Shown here piece by piece: positions 32,470 through 41,985 of a stretch of 64,000 nt of DNA. The notes under the pieces were generated by a model. It worked only from the letters and a program-made list of their open reading frames with translations, was not told the origin of the DNA and did not search any database. How positions within the stretch are numbered: position 1 is the first letter of the stretch; every line of letters starts with the position of its first letter. The DNA is from an uncultured Desulfatitalea sp. (GTDB lineage: Bacteria; Desulfobacterota; Desulfobacteria; Desulfobacterales; Desulfosarcinaceae), in assembly GCA_963668675.2 (NCBI GenBank), contig CAXXMB010000002.1:128001-192000 (forward strand), in the 5' to 3' direction. Made by a program: the position numbers and the translations under genes.

Positions 32470-33087
32470 ATGAAAAATGCGATCTGGATTGGTATTTTCG
32501 TTCTGTTTTCACTGACAGTGGGGTGTAGCCATAACGTTCCGCTGCGCCATAGCCTTGAACTCTCAAACCCGCCGAATCCAAAACTGGTCAATAAAGTAGT
32601 GCTCGTCATGCCGGGTGATCAGGCCAACCTTGTCATCCGGCATAAACCCGACCCGCTTGCGGATACCTATGTTTTCGCAGGCGGAACGGCCATTAAAGAC
32701 ACACTGATGAGTGTGTTGGGGCAGCTCTTTCAAGAAGCCACCTTTGCAGACGCATTAAATGAAGGGCAAAGCCCCTACGACATGGCCATTGAAGTGAACC
32801 TTAACAATTATGAAATCATATTGAATATTTATACGGGCAATGTGGTCAACCTCGGCATTGACTACACCGTTTATAATCGAGAGGGGAGTAAAATCAAACT
32901 GATCTCCACCAATGCTTCATCAAAAGATCGCTATAGTGGTGGCGATCTGGCCGCGACTTTTCTGGCCGGTGCTTTTTACAATATCGGTAAGATGAAGGCA
33001 TCATCAGGTGCGGCTTGGGACCAGGCGACCACAAACTCAATCGCTGAGCTGGTCGACAACCTGATGATCATAGCAAAAGCCCAATAG
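32470..33087 (+). CDS. Hypothetical lipoprotein
   Basis: Signal peptide ending in lipobox TVGC; 205 aa; AAGG upstream. Confidence 0.8.
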   Translation: MKNAIWIGIFVLFSLTVGCSHNVPLRHSLELSNPPNPKLVNKVVLVMPGDQANLVIRHKPDPLADTYVFAGGTAIKDTLMSVLGQLFQEATFADALNEGQSPYDMAIEVNLNNYEIILNIYTGNVVNLGIDYTVYNREGSKIKLISTNASSKDRYSGGDLAATFLAGAFYNIGKMKASSGAAWDQATTNSIAELVDNLMIIAKAQ

Positions 33088-33430
33088 CTGCTTGAAGGCC
33101 CAAAGGTCCCCGAGTCAATTCGTCTTAGAGAGATCAGGCCGTTTTACGCCCCACTTCATGCACCTTGGAGGTATATCACAAAGGCGTAAATATCGTTTTC
33201 ATCAAAACCAAAGTTCAGCTCGAAGTAAAAAAGAAAAAATTTTACTCTCAAAAAACGGTAGCTTTTTTCACAGGCATCGCGAAAACACATTAGGGCCTAT
33301 GATCACGAGGGAGCCCCATTTTCCTGCGCAGTGACCCGGTGATAATGATGCTTTTCGAGAACTTGACACGGGAGCCAATGAACTGAGTCGTCCAAAAGTC
33401 CTCTACGGGATATGGCGCCGCCCCTTGCTC

Positions 33431-34381
33431 CTAAGAGTGAGATCTTTTCAGTCCATTACGACCGGCATCGCGCTTGTCCGGAGGCAGCGGTCTGAGATCC
33501 CGTATGATCCTCAATCGGGACATCAACACCAAGAGATAGTAGGTCGGGTCGATCTCCCACCAGTAAAAACCGGCTTTGGCGGTGACGGCAAAATGGTGGT
33601 GGTTGTTGTGCCATCCTTCGCCCAGGGTGATGAGTGCCAGCAGAAAATTGTTACGACTGGTGTCCGGCGTGGCATAACGCCGGCTGCCGAACATGTGGTC
33701 CAAAGAGTTGATAGTGAAGGTGCCGTGTAGTAAAATCGTGGTTGAAACAAAAAAACCCCACACCAAAAGCTGAGGTCCATCGGTACCCAGGCCAGGAGCA
33801 ATCCCTTTCAGCAACTCACCCAACAGGAACAGCGAAATGGCCAATAGAATGGGCACCACGGTGTCGAATCGGTTCAGCCAGCGCAACTCCGGGAACCGGG
33901 CCCACTCCTGCACATACTTCATGCGCGTGGGGAAATTGGCCTGAGACGTCAACCAACCGATATGGCTCCACCAAAAACCGTGGCGGCTTGGCGAATGCGG
34001 ATCCTCCTCTTGGTCCGCGAAACGGTGGTGGTGGCGATGATGTGCCGCCCACCATAAGGGCCCCCGTTGAACGGCGGAATTGCCGGCAACGGCAAACAGA
34101 AACTGCCAGAAGCGATTGGTTCTGAAAGCCTTGTGTGAAAAATAGCGATGATAAAAACCGGTGATGGCAAACATGCGCACCACGTACAGGCCCGCGGCGA
34201 CACCGATTGCAGTCCAGCTCCAGCCCACCCAAAAAACGGCCAGACACGCGACATGCAGTGCTAGGAGTGGAATTATCCGAAGCCAATCCACCTGTTTGGC
34301 GGCCTTTTCAGGCCTGCTGCCGCTGCCGGCTTCGGCATCGAACCATCGCACGATGGCAAGAAGCTTTTTCCTCATATACAT
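33431..34381 (-). CDS. Membrane acyl-CoA/acyl-lipid delta-9-type desaturase
   Basis: Three His boxes HRYFSH, HRHHH, HNNHH plus GEGWH and WWEID. Confidence 0.95.
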   Translation of the reverse strand: MYMRKKLLAIVRWFDAEAGSGSRPEKAAKQVDWLRIIPLLALHVACLAVFWVGWSWTAIGVAAGLYVVRMFAITGFYHRYFSHKAFRTNRFWQFLFAVAGNSAVQRGPLWWAAHHRHHHRFADQEEDPHSPSRHGFWWSHIGWLTSQANFPTRMKYVQEWARFPELRWLNRFDTVVPILLAISLFLLGELLKGIAPGLGTDGPQLLVWGFFVSTTILLHGTFTINSLDHMFGSRRYATPDTSRNNFLLALITLGEGWHNNHHHFAVTAKAGFYWWEIDPTYYLLVLMSRLRIIRDLRPLPPDKRDAGRNGLKRSHS

Positions 34382-34683
34382 GCCTCTTCCGCATGGTATC
34401 CGAATTCAAAAAGACCGATTCCTTGCGGTTTTCGATTAAATCAATCGGTCTGGTCGATGTCAATCCCATCCGCAGCCACCGGCCATGGAACGCCATGCAG
34501 TCAGCCTCACCCTACGCGAAAAATGATAGTATTTACCTCTCACTATCCTCTGCAATTATCGCCGTGGAAAATCTGCTAGGAAGTCGTATATTTATCACTA
34601 AGTTGATCTGGTTATCCTTACCAGAGCAATATAGACAGATACGAGGATCGATCCGATCGGAGCGTATACCCACTGGAGAGAGC

Positions 34684-36129
34684 ATGAACAAAGCGGTTCA
34701 ACATACGTTGACGTTTTATACCAAAATCGCCTATGCAGCGCCGGCGTTTACTTTGGCAATGGTAGGCATTCCCGTATATGTTTACATCCCCAAATTCTAC
34801 ACCGATGTGGTAGGCATCGACATTGCTGTACTGGGGGTGCTCATGTTCACAGTGCGGATCTTCGATGCGTTGACCGATCCCATCCTGGGACACATTTCCG
34901 ATCGGACGACAACACGATTCGGCCGAAGAAGGCCTTACATCGCTATAGGCGCTCTGTTTGTCGCCGCATCCATGTTCGTACTGTTCAATCCGCCTCACAT
35001 CTCAAACGCTTTGGCGACCTTGTGGTTCGGGGCGGGGATTTACGCCCTTTTCCTTTTTTGGACTGCGGTTACCGTCCCGTATGAATCGCTGGGCCCCGAA
35101 TTGACTTTTGATTATGACGAGCGAACGTCACTGTTCGCCATGCGGGATGGCTTTCTGATCGCCGGCACGCTGGTTGCGGCCAGTTCCCCGGCGCTGGTGC
35201 AGTGGATGTTCGACCTGCCGACGGGCGCAGAAGGTCAACGGCGCCAGTTTTTCTTGATCTCTCTCATCTATATGCCTTTGCTGGTGGGATCATGCTGGTG
35301 GTGTGCCAGATCGGTGCGGGAGATCGAGAGGGCAGACAAGCCGGGGCAGCCAAGCGTGCTGCAGGGACTGCGGTATGTCTCTAAAAACAGACCGTTCCTG
35401 ATCTTGCTGTTGTCCTACACGATCAGCGCCATAGGGAGCAACTTACCGGCGACCTTGATTCTCTTCTACGTGACCTATGTGTTGCAGTCCAGCATGGCCG
35501 ATGCATTTTTGCTGCTCTATTTTTTAACCGGTATCCTGTTTCTTCCCGGCTGGGTTTGGCTGGCGCGCGTCATCGGAAAGAAACCGGCCTGGCTGGCGTC
35601 CATGGCGATCAACAGCGGTGCGTTCATGGGGGTTTTCTTCTTGGGGCCGGGGGATGTCGCCCTGTATGGGATCCTGGTCTTCTTTTCGGGTATCGGTTTC
35701 GGGGCGACCTTGGCCCTGCCGTCGGCCATTCAAGCTGACGTGATCGACTACGATGAATTGCTGACCGGCCATCGACGGGAAGGCCAGTATATCGGCCTGT
35801 GGTCGATCGCCAAAAAACTGGCAGCCGCCACAGGGGTGGGGATGGGCTTGACAGTATTGGGGTGGGCCGGTTACACACCCAATGTAGAGCAATCGGATAC
35901 GGTTGTTCTGACCTTGCGCATACTGTACGCCGGGGTTCCATCCATGTTCAGCCTCATCGCTTTTGTCATCGCGTTGGCCTATCCGATTACCGGCGAGGTC
36001 CACCGGCAGATTCGCGCCGCCATCGAACAACAAAAAACGGGCATGCCTGTCCGGGATCCACTCCGCCCGTCAAACGCTATTGGCGCGGCACTGAACGGTG
36101 GCGGCTCCACCAAGAGGAGTAAAGCATGA
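34684..36129 (+). CDS. MFS transporter, GPH/MelB-like family
   Basis: DALTDPILGHISDR..FGRRRPY, PYESLGPEL..ERT, ADVIDYDE..GHRREG; start MNKAV at 34684 (GGAG upstream). Confidence 0.92.
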   Translation: MNKAVQHTLTFYTKIAYAAPAFTLAMVGIPVYVYIPKFYTDVVGIDIAVLGVLMFTVRIFDALTDPILGHISDRTTTRFGRRRPYIAIGALFVAASMFVLFNPPHISNALATLWFGAGIYALFLFWTAVTVPYESLGPELTFDYDERTSLFAMRDGFLIAGTLVAASSPALVQWMFDLPTGAEGQRRQFFLISLIYMPLLVGSCWWCARSVREIERADKPGQPSVLQGLRYVSKNRPFLILLLSYTISAIGSNLPATLILFYVTYVLQSSMADAFLLLYFLTGILFLPGWVWLARVIGKKPAWLASMAINSGAFMGVFFLGPGDVALYGILVFFSGIGFGATLALPSAIQADVIDYDELLTGHRREGQYIGLWSIAKKLAAATGVGMGLTVLGWAGYTPNVEQSDTVVLTLRILYAGVPSMFSLIAFVIALAYPITGEVHRQIRAAIEQQKTGMPVRDPLRPSNAIGAALNGGGSTKRSKA

Positions 36130-36917
36130 TGGCATCACCCATTACCGTTATTCTGGTCAACCTGTTGGCCGTCACGGCCATGATGATTGTTGGCTGGCTG
36201 GTCAGCCTGCGCCAACGCAATGTAACCATCGTCGATGCCCTGTGGGGCATGGGTTTCGTGATCATCACCTGGATAACAGCAGTGGCAGGTGACGGTTATG
36301 TCGTGCGCGCATGGCTCCTGGCGCTCCTGGTCTCTCTCTGGGGACTGCGGTTGGGCATCTACATGGTATGGCGCTCACATGGCAAAGGCGAAGACCCCCG
36401 CTATGGATCGTGGCGCCGCCAATACGGCGACCGCTTCTGGATTGTCAGCCTGTTCAACGTCTTCCTGGTGCAAGCCCTCTTCCTGTGGGTCATATCCCTT
36501 GCGACGCAATTCGGCCAGATGGCCGACACACCGGCGTCGCTGACCGGGCTCGACCTGATCGGTGCAGTGATCTGGTTGATCGGCTTTCTGTTCGAAACCG
36601 TGGGCGACTGGCAATTGGCGCGATTCAAGGCTGATCCATCCAACAGCGGCAAGGTCATGGATCGTGGTCTGTGGGCCTATACCCGCCACCCCAACTACTT
36701 TGGCGAGGCGTTGATATGGTGGGGCATATGGTTGATAGTTCTGTCGACGCCGAACAGTTGGTGGACCATTGTCAGCCCGCTGCTCATCACCATTACCCTG
36801 CTGAAAATCACCGGCATCGCACTGACCGAAAAAACCATACTGGAAAAAAAGGCCGAATACAGAGATTATATGGATCGAACCAACGCATTTTTGCCATGGT
36901 TCCCCAAAAGGAGATGA
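36126..36917 (+). CDS. DUF1295 family membrane protein (steroid 5-alpha reductase-like)
   Basis: IVDALWG, GEDPRY, GDWQL..FK, GLWAYTRHPNYFGE. Confidence 0.92.
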   Translation: MMASPITVILVNLLAVTAMMIVGWLVSLRQRNVTIVDALWGMGFVIITWITAVAGDGYVVRAWLLALLVSLWGLRLGIYMVWRSHGKGEDPRYGSWRRQYGDRFWIVSLFNVFLVQALFLWVISLATQFGQMADTPASLTGLDLIGAVIWLIGFLFETVGDWQLARFKADPSNSGKVMDRGLWAYTRHPNYFGEALIWWGIWLIVLSTPNSWWTIVSPLLITITLLKITGIALTEKTILEKKAEYRDYMDRTNAFLPWFPKRR

Positions 36918-36918
36918 T

Positions 36919-37980
36919 ATGCTGAAACTCATCGATATGGCCGACCGAGGCCTTTTGCCGGATCAACTGATCCGCCTGGGTATCCGTCTTCTGGACCGCC
37001 GCCGTTTAAAGTTGGAGCGCCAAAGCAATGCAGCTTTGAATGGTCATGCCAAAATCGAATTCGCGCGCACAATGAAAGAGAGCCCCATTGCTGTCCGGAC
37101 CCACGACGCCAACCGCCAGCATTACGAGGTGCCGGCCGCCTTTTTTGAGACAGTGTTGGGGAGACACCTCAAATACAGCGGAAGCTATTGGCCGGAGGAG
37201 TGCACCAGCCTGGACGACGCCGAAGCATTCATGCTGGACTTATACTGCAGCCGGGCGCAATTGGTCGACGGTATGCAGGTTCTGGAACTGGGCTGTGGAT
37301 GGGGTTCGCTTTCCCTCCGAGTGGCAGCCAGGTACCCCCACAGCAAAGTGGTGGCCGTTTCCAATTCAAAATCGCAAAGGGCATATATCGAAGAGAAGTG
37401 CCGCAAAGGGGGCATCAAAAACTTAACCGTGATAACGGCCGATATGAATGCATTTGAGACAGATCTTCGTTTCGACCGGGTCCTGTCCATCGAAATGTTC
37501 GAGCACATGCGCAACTGGGAGCGGCTACTGGAGAAGATCGGAAGCTGGCTGAAGCAGGACGGCAAGTTTTTTCTGCACATCTTCACGCACCGGAAATATT
37601 CCTACCTGTTTGAAACCAGCGGACCGGACGACTGGATGGGGCAGCACTTCTTCTCAGGCGGCATGATGCCCTCCCACGATTTAATCCAATGTTTTGACAA
37701 AGACCTGGTCGTGGAAGAGGAGTGGCAAATCAACGGCAGGCATTATCAGCTAACGGCAGAGGCGTGGCTGCAAAACCTCGACGCCAATCGCGACACGGTC
37801 TTGTCCATCATGAAGGAGGTATACGGCAGCGCCATGGCCCGCGTCTGGCTGCAACGCTGGCGCATCTTCTTCATGGCCTGCGCCGAACTGTGGGGATATC
37901 GCAGCGGCAAAGAGTGGATGATATCCAACTATCTCCTGTGCAAACGCGGGGATCGAGAAACATCCGAGGAGATGTCATGA
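36919..37980 (+). CDS. CFA-synthase-related SAM-dependent methyltransferase (short type)
   Basis: ANRQHYEVP, KYS, LELGCGWGS, SIEMFEHMRN, FFSGGMMPS. Confidence 0.93.
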   Translation: MLKLIDMADRGLLPDQLIRLGIRLLDRRRLKLERQSNAALNGHAKIEFARTMKESPIAVRTHDANRQHYEVPAAFFETVLGRHLKYSGSYWPEECTSLDDAEAFMLDLYCSRAQLVDGMQVLELGCGWGSLSLRVAARYPHSKVVAVSNSKSQRAYIEEKCRKGGIKNLTVITADMNAFETDLRFDRVLSIEMFEHMRNWERLLEKIGSWLKQDGKFFLHIFTHRKYSYLFETSGPDDWMGQHFFSGGMMPSHDLIQCFDKDLVVEEEWQINGRHYQLTAEAWLQNLDANRDTVLSIMKEVYGSAMARVWLQRWRIFFMACAELWGYRSGKEWMISNYLLCKRGDRETSEEMS

Positions 37981-38762
37981 AGAGCCATATCTACGAGGGA
38001 ACCGTTCGGCATCGCAGGTTCGCGCCTGTCCGGAATCAGTTTCAATATCGACTGTTTCTGATGTACCTGGACCTGAATGAACTGCCGCAACTTTTCAGGC
38101 CCTATCGCCTGTGGTCTGCCGGCAGGGCCAACCTGGCCTATTTCAGGCGCCGCGATCATCTCGGAGACCCGATGCGGCCGCTCGATCATGCCGTCCGGGA
38201 TCTGGTCGAGGCCCGTATCGACCGGAGGCCGTCCGGCCCGATTCGGCTCCTGACTCACCTGCGCTATTTCGGATTCTGTTTCAATCCGGTCAGCTTCTAC
38301 TACTGCTTCGACGCTGACGACACGCACGTGGAAACCATCGTCGCCGAAATTCACAACACCCCCTGGATGGAGACGTACACCTACGTTCTGGGGGATGCGG
38401 TCAATGAACACACGCATCCCCAATGGCGCAGGTTCAGATTCAGCAAGGATTTTCATGTCTCGCCGTTTATGGACATGGACATCAGATATGACTGGCGCTT
38501 TCGCGTGCCGGGCGAACGTCTCAACGTCCACATGGTCAACTTTCGCAACCATGCAAAAATATTCGACGCCTCGCTGCAACTGACCCGTAAGGAGATCAGT
38601 GCCGGCAATCTGGCGCGCGCATTGACCCTCTATCCGCTGATGACCGCCAAAGTGGCCTTTTTGATCTACTGGCAGGCATTGCGGTTGATGATAAAAAAAG
38701 CGCCCTTTTACGTCCACCCGTCCAAACGGGAGAGCGCACCCGGTCAGGGTACGCCAGCCTGA
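37977..38762 (+). CDS. DUF1365 family protein (UfaO-like)
   Basis: YEGTVRHRRF, FNPVSFYYC, EIHNTPW, KDFHVSPF, IYWQAL; ATGA overlap with the upstream gene. Confidence 0.92.
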   Translation: MKSHIYEGTVRHRRFAPVRNQFQYRLFLMYLDLNELPQLFRPYRLWSAGRANLAYFRRRDHLGDPMRPLDHAVRDLVEARIDRRPSGPIRLLTHLRYFGFCFNPVSFYYCFDADDTHVETIVAEIHNTPWMETYTYVLGDAVNEHTHPQWRRFRFSKDFHVSPFMDMDIRYDWRFRVPGERLNVHMVNFRNHAKIFDASLQLTRKEISAGNLARALTLYPLMTAKVAFLIYWQALRLMIKKAPFYVHPSKRESAPGQGTPA

Positions 38763-38781
38763 ACTGAAAGGAGATTCACTT

Positions 38782-40059
38782 ATGAACGACACCATTATCC
38801 CCCATCGGTTTGCTATAAATCAAGGAAGTGGTTCAGGATGGATCGAAACAGCAGCCCGTCGGATCGTTCTGCACCAACTCGGCCAACTTCGACACGGCCG
38901 GATCACCCTTACGGATGGAAACGACCGATACCGGTTCGGCAAGGCACGGGATGATTTTCCCCTCTCGGCCCATATCACCGTGCACAACCAAAGGTTTTAC
39001 AGAAGAGTACTCACCGGCGCTGATATTGGCGCTGGCGAAGCCTACATGCTCGGTTTTTGGACGGCTGACGATCTGACCGCAGTGATTCAAATCATCCTGC
39101 GCAACCAGATGGTGCTCAACGACATGAACAGTGTCTGGTCGAAGGTGACGGCACCATTGCATAAGTTGAGGCACTTTCTGCGCCGAAACAGCCGTAAAGG
39201 CAGCCGCAGCAATATCATAGCGCACTATGACCTGGGAAACGACTTCTACCGCCTCTTCCTTGATGAGACCATGACTTACTCCAGCGGCATTTTCACCTCT
39301 GCGCATATCACACTCAAAGAGGCCTCCATTGAAAAATACGACCGCATCTGCCGCAAATTGGCGCTCTCTGCCAGTGACCATCTGCTTGAGATCGGAACCG
39401 GTTGGGGCGGTTTGGCCATTCACGCCGCCGGCCGTTACGGCTGCCGGGTCACCACCACGACCATATCAGACGAACAGTACACGGAAGCCCGACGCAGAAT
39501 TTCAGAGGCCGGGCTGGGTGATCGCATCGAGGTTCTGAAAAGAGATTACCGCGACCTGAAAGGACAATACGACAAGTTGGTGTCCATCGAAATGATCGAA
39601 GCCGTCGGCCATCACTACTACCGCACCTTTTTTGAGGCCTGCGGCAAACTATTGAAGCCGGATGGATTGATGGCCATTCAGGCCATTACCATCGGAGACC
39701 ACCTGTTCGAGCAGCACAAGCACAGCGTGGACTTCATCAAGCGCTACATTTTTCCGGGCAGTTGCATCCCATCCATCACGGCCCTTCAGCAGGCCGCAGC
39801 CGCATCTTCCGACTTTCGACTCCTTCACCTGGAAGATATTACCCCCCATTACGCCGAAACCCTGCGCCGGTGGCGTAAACGCTTTTTCGGTCACATCGAG
39901 CAGGTGCGTGCAATGGGATTCCCCGAGGCTTTTTTGCGGATGTGGGATTTTTATCTCTCATACTGCGAGGCCGGATTTGCACAACGCTACATCGGCAATG
40001 CGCAAATGATTTTCGCAAAACCGTTGAATCGCAGAGATCCGATTCTGGGGAATGTATAG
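38782..40059 (+). CDS. Cyclopropane/methyl fatty-acyl phospholipid synthase family methyltransferase (UfaM/UfaA1-like)
   Basis: GEAYM, NIIAHYDLGNDFY, LEIGTGWG, SIEMIEAVG, RYIFPG, YLSYCEAGF. Confidence 0.95.
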   Translation: MNDTIIPHRFAINQGSGSGWIETAARRIVLHQLGQLRHGRITLTDGNDRYRFGKARDDFPLSAHITVHNQRFYRRVLTGADIGAGEAYMLGFWTADDLTAVIQIILRNQMVLNDMNSVWSKVTAPLHKLRHFLRRNSRKGSRSNIIAHYDLGNDFYRLFLDETMTYSSGIFTSAHITLKEASIEKYDRICRKLALSASDHLLEIGTGWGGLAIHAAGRYGCRVTTTTISDEQYTEARRRISEAGLGDRIEVLKRDYRDLKGQYDKLVSIEMIEAVGHHYYRTFFEACGKLLKPDGLMAIQAITIGDHLFEQHKHSVDFIKRYIFPGSCIPSITALQQAAAASSDFRLLHLEDITPHYAETLRRWRKRFFGHIEQVRAMGFPEAFLRMWDFYLSYCEAGFAQRYIGNAQMIFAKPLNRRDPILGNV

Positions 40060-40082
40060 AAGCCACTGGAGGTGACTGAACC

Positions 40083-40709
40083 ATGAAAAAAATCTGCCAT
40101 AGGTCCCGAATGGCGATTGGACATGGCATCATGCGCGTCGTGCTCGTATCGCTTGGCTTAACAGCCCTTTCAAGCTGCGGCGATAGAGCACCGATGCCCA
40201 CTGTCGGGTCGGTCGATCTGAACCGATTCATGGGACGTTGGTATGTGATCGCACACATCCCTACATTCATGGAGAAAACCGCCCACAATGCGATCGAGAC
40301 CTATCGCCTCAGCGGCGATGGCACGATCGAGACCCGCTTTGCGTTTAACGACGGCGCACCCGACGGTCCCTCAAAAGTCTATACGGCCAAGGGATTCGTC
40401 CAGAACACGAAAACCAACGCCCTTTGGAAAATGCAATTCATATGGCCATTCAAAGCGGAATACCGCATTGTCTATCTATCCGAAGAATACTCACTCACAA
40501 TGATCGGCCGATCCAAACGCGATTACCTCTGGGTCATGGCCCGCCAGCCGGCCATCACCGACAAACAATATCAGCAAATGAATGAATTGGCGAAGGAGCT
40601 GGGATACGATACCCGCCAGATTCGCCGGGTACCCCAAGTCGATGCCGCCGCACAAGGAAAAGAAGCATTGACGCCTGCAAACCCCAAGGACCGATCGATT
40701 AATCCCTAA
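40083..40709 (+). CDS. Bacterial lipocalin lipoprotein (Blc-like)
   Basis: Lipobox LSSC, VDLNRFMGRWYVIA, QFIWPFKAEY, YLWVMAR. Confidence 0.93.
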   Translation: MKKICHRSRMAIGHGIMRVVLVSLGLTALSSCGDRAPMPTVGSVDLNRFMGRWYVIAHIPTFMEKTAHNAIETYRLSGDGTIETRFAFNDGAPDGPSKVYTAKGFVQNTKTNALWKMQFIWPFKAEYRIVYLSEEYSLTMIGRSKRDYLWVMARQPAITDKQYQQMNELAKELGYDTRQIRRVPQVDAAAQGKEALTPANPKDRSINP

Positions 40710-41953
40710 AGCGCTTTCCCAAACTGTCTGGCCACCTCAAGGGCGCTTTTCACACCGTCCTCGTGAAACCCGTAAAACCAGTAGGCACCGCAGTAATGGG
40801 TTCTGTTGCGCCCGTTGATCTCATCGTAGCGCCTTCTTGCGGCCAGGCTTTGGGGGGAATAGACCGGGTGGTGATAGGTGAGTCGTTTGATGATTTTATC
40901 CTGGGCAATGGCATCCGTCATATTGAGGGTGACGCAAATCGCCCGGTCGGACGACAGTCCCTGCAGGATGTTCATGTTGTAGGTCACCGCCACCCGCCCA
41001 CGGGGTTCGACCGGAATATGATAGTTCCATGCCGCCCATGCCGGGCGGTTATCAGGCAGCAGTGTATGATCCGTGTGCAGCACCGTCTCATTTTCCTGAT
41101 AGGCGATCGCGCCGAGTATCTCCTTTTCCGATGGCGAAGGATCACCCAAAAGTTTCAAGGCTTGATCGCTGTGGGTGGCGATGACAACGGCATCGAATGT
41201 CTCCTTTTCCGATCCGGAGGCCTCGACGACCACACGGTCTTCCAAACGGGTCACCTGCTGCACCGGCGCGTTCAACCGGATGTTATCCTTGTAGGGGCGG
41301 ATGAGCGGCTCAATGTAACTTTTGGACCCGCCCTCGATCACCAACCACTGGGGCTGATCCTTTATCTCCAGGAAACCGTGGGAATGGAAGAACTCGGCAA
41401 AGTACCGGGCGGGAAAATTTCGGAATTGATCCGGATCGGCCGACCAGATGGCCGATCCCATGGGAACGATGAAGTAGTCGATGAACCAGCGGGAATATCG
41501 CTTCTCCTCCAAATATTGATTTAACGTCAGTTCATAATACCGGTCGGCTTCGAACAATTCCACCGCTTCCCGCCGAAACCGCATGGCATCCATTATCATG
41601 CGATAAAAGGCCGGCCGCAACAAGTTGCGGCGCTGGGCAACCAGGCCGGCGAAGGTGCTCGGGCTGAACTCGAGACCGGTTCTGGCGCATTTTACACTAA
41701 AGCTCATGTTGGAATCGCGCCAGGAAACGCCCAGGCGCCCCATGAGCGTCACAAATTTGGGATACGTTTTTCGATTGAACACGATAAAGCCGGTATCAAC
41801 CGCGTAGTCCCTCCCATCCAGGGTAATGTCGTGAGTATGGGTGTGGCCGCCGATGTAGTCGTTGGCTTCATACACGGTGACGTCATGATCTTCGCTGAGA
41901 AGATGGGCGGCGGTCATGCCGGAAATTCCACTTCCGATGATGGCAATCCGCAT
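40706..41953 (-). CDS. FAD-dependent oxidoreductase (amine oxidase fold, UfaD-like)
   Basis: GSGISG, GGHTHT, VDTGFIVFN, WAAWNY, GFHEDG. Confidence 0.93.
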   Translation of the reverse strand: MRIAIIGSGISGMTAAHLLSEDHDVTVYEANDYIGGHTHTHDITLDGRDYAVDTGFIVFNRKTYPKFVTLMGRLGVSWRDSNMSFSVKCARTGLEFSPSTFAGLVAQRRNLLRPAFYRMIMDAMRFRREAVELFEADRYYELTLNQYLEEKRYSRWFIDYFIVPMGSAIWSADPDQFRNFPARYFAEFFHSHGFLEIKDQPQWLVIEGGSKSYIEPLIRPYKDNIRLNAPVQQVTRLEDRVVVEASGSEKETFDAVVIATHSDQALKLLGDPSPSEKEILGAIAYQENETVLHTDHTLLPDNRPAWAAWNYHIPVEPRGRVAVTYNMNILQGLSSDRAICVTLNMTDAIAQDKIIKRLTYHHPVYSPQSLAARRRYDEINGRNRTHYCGAYWFYGFHEDGVKSALEVARQFGKAL

Positions 41954-41985
41954 ATTGTCGGCCTTTCGATCTAAGTAAATGGCGG

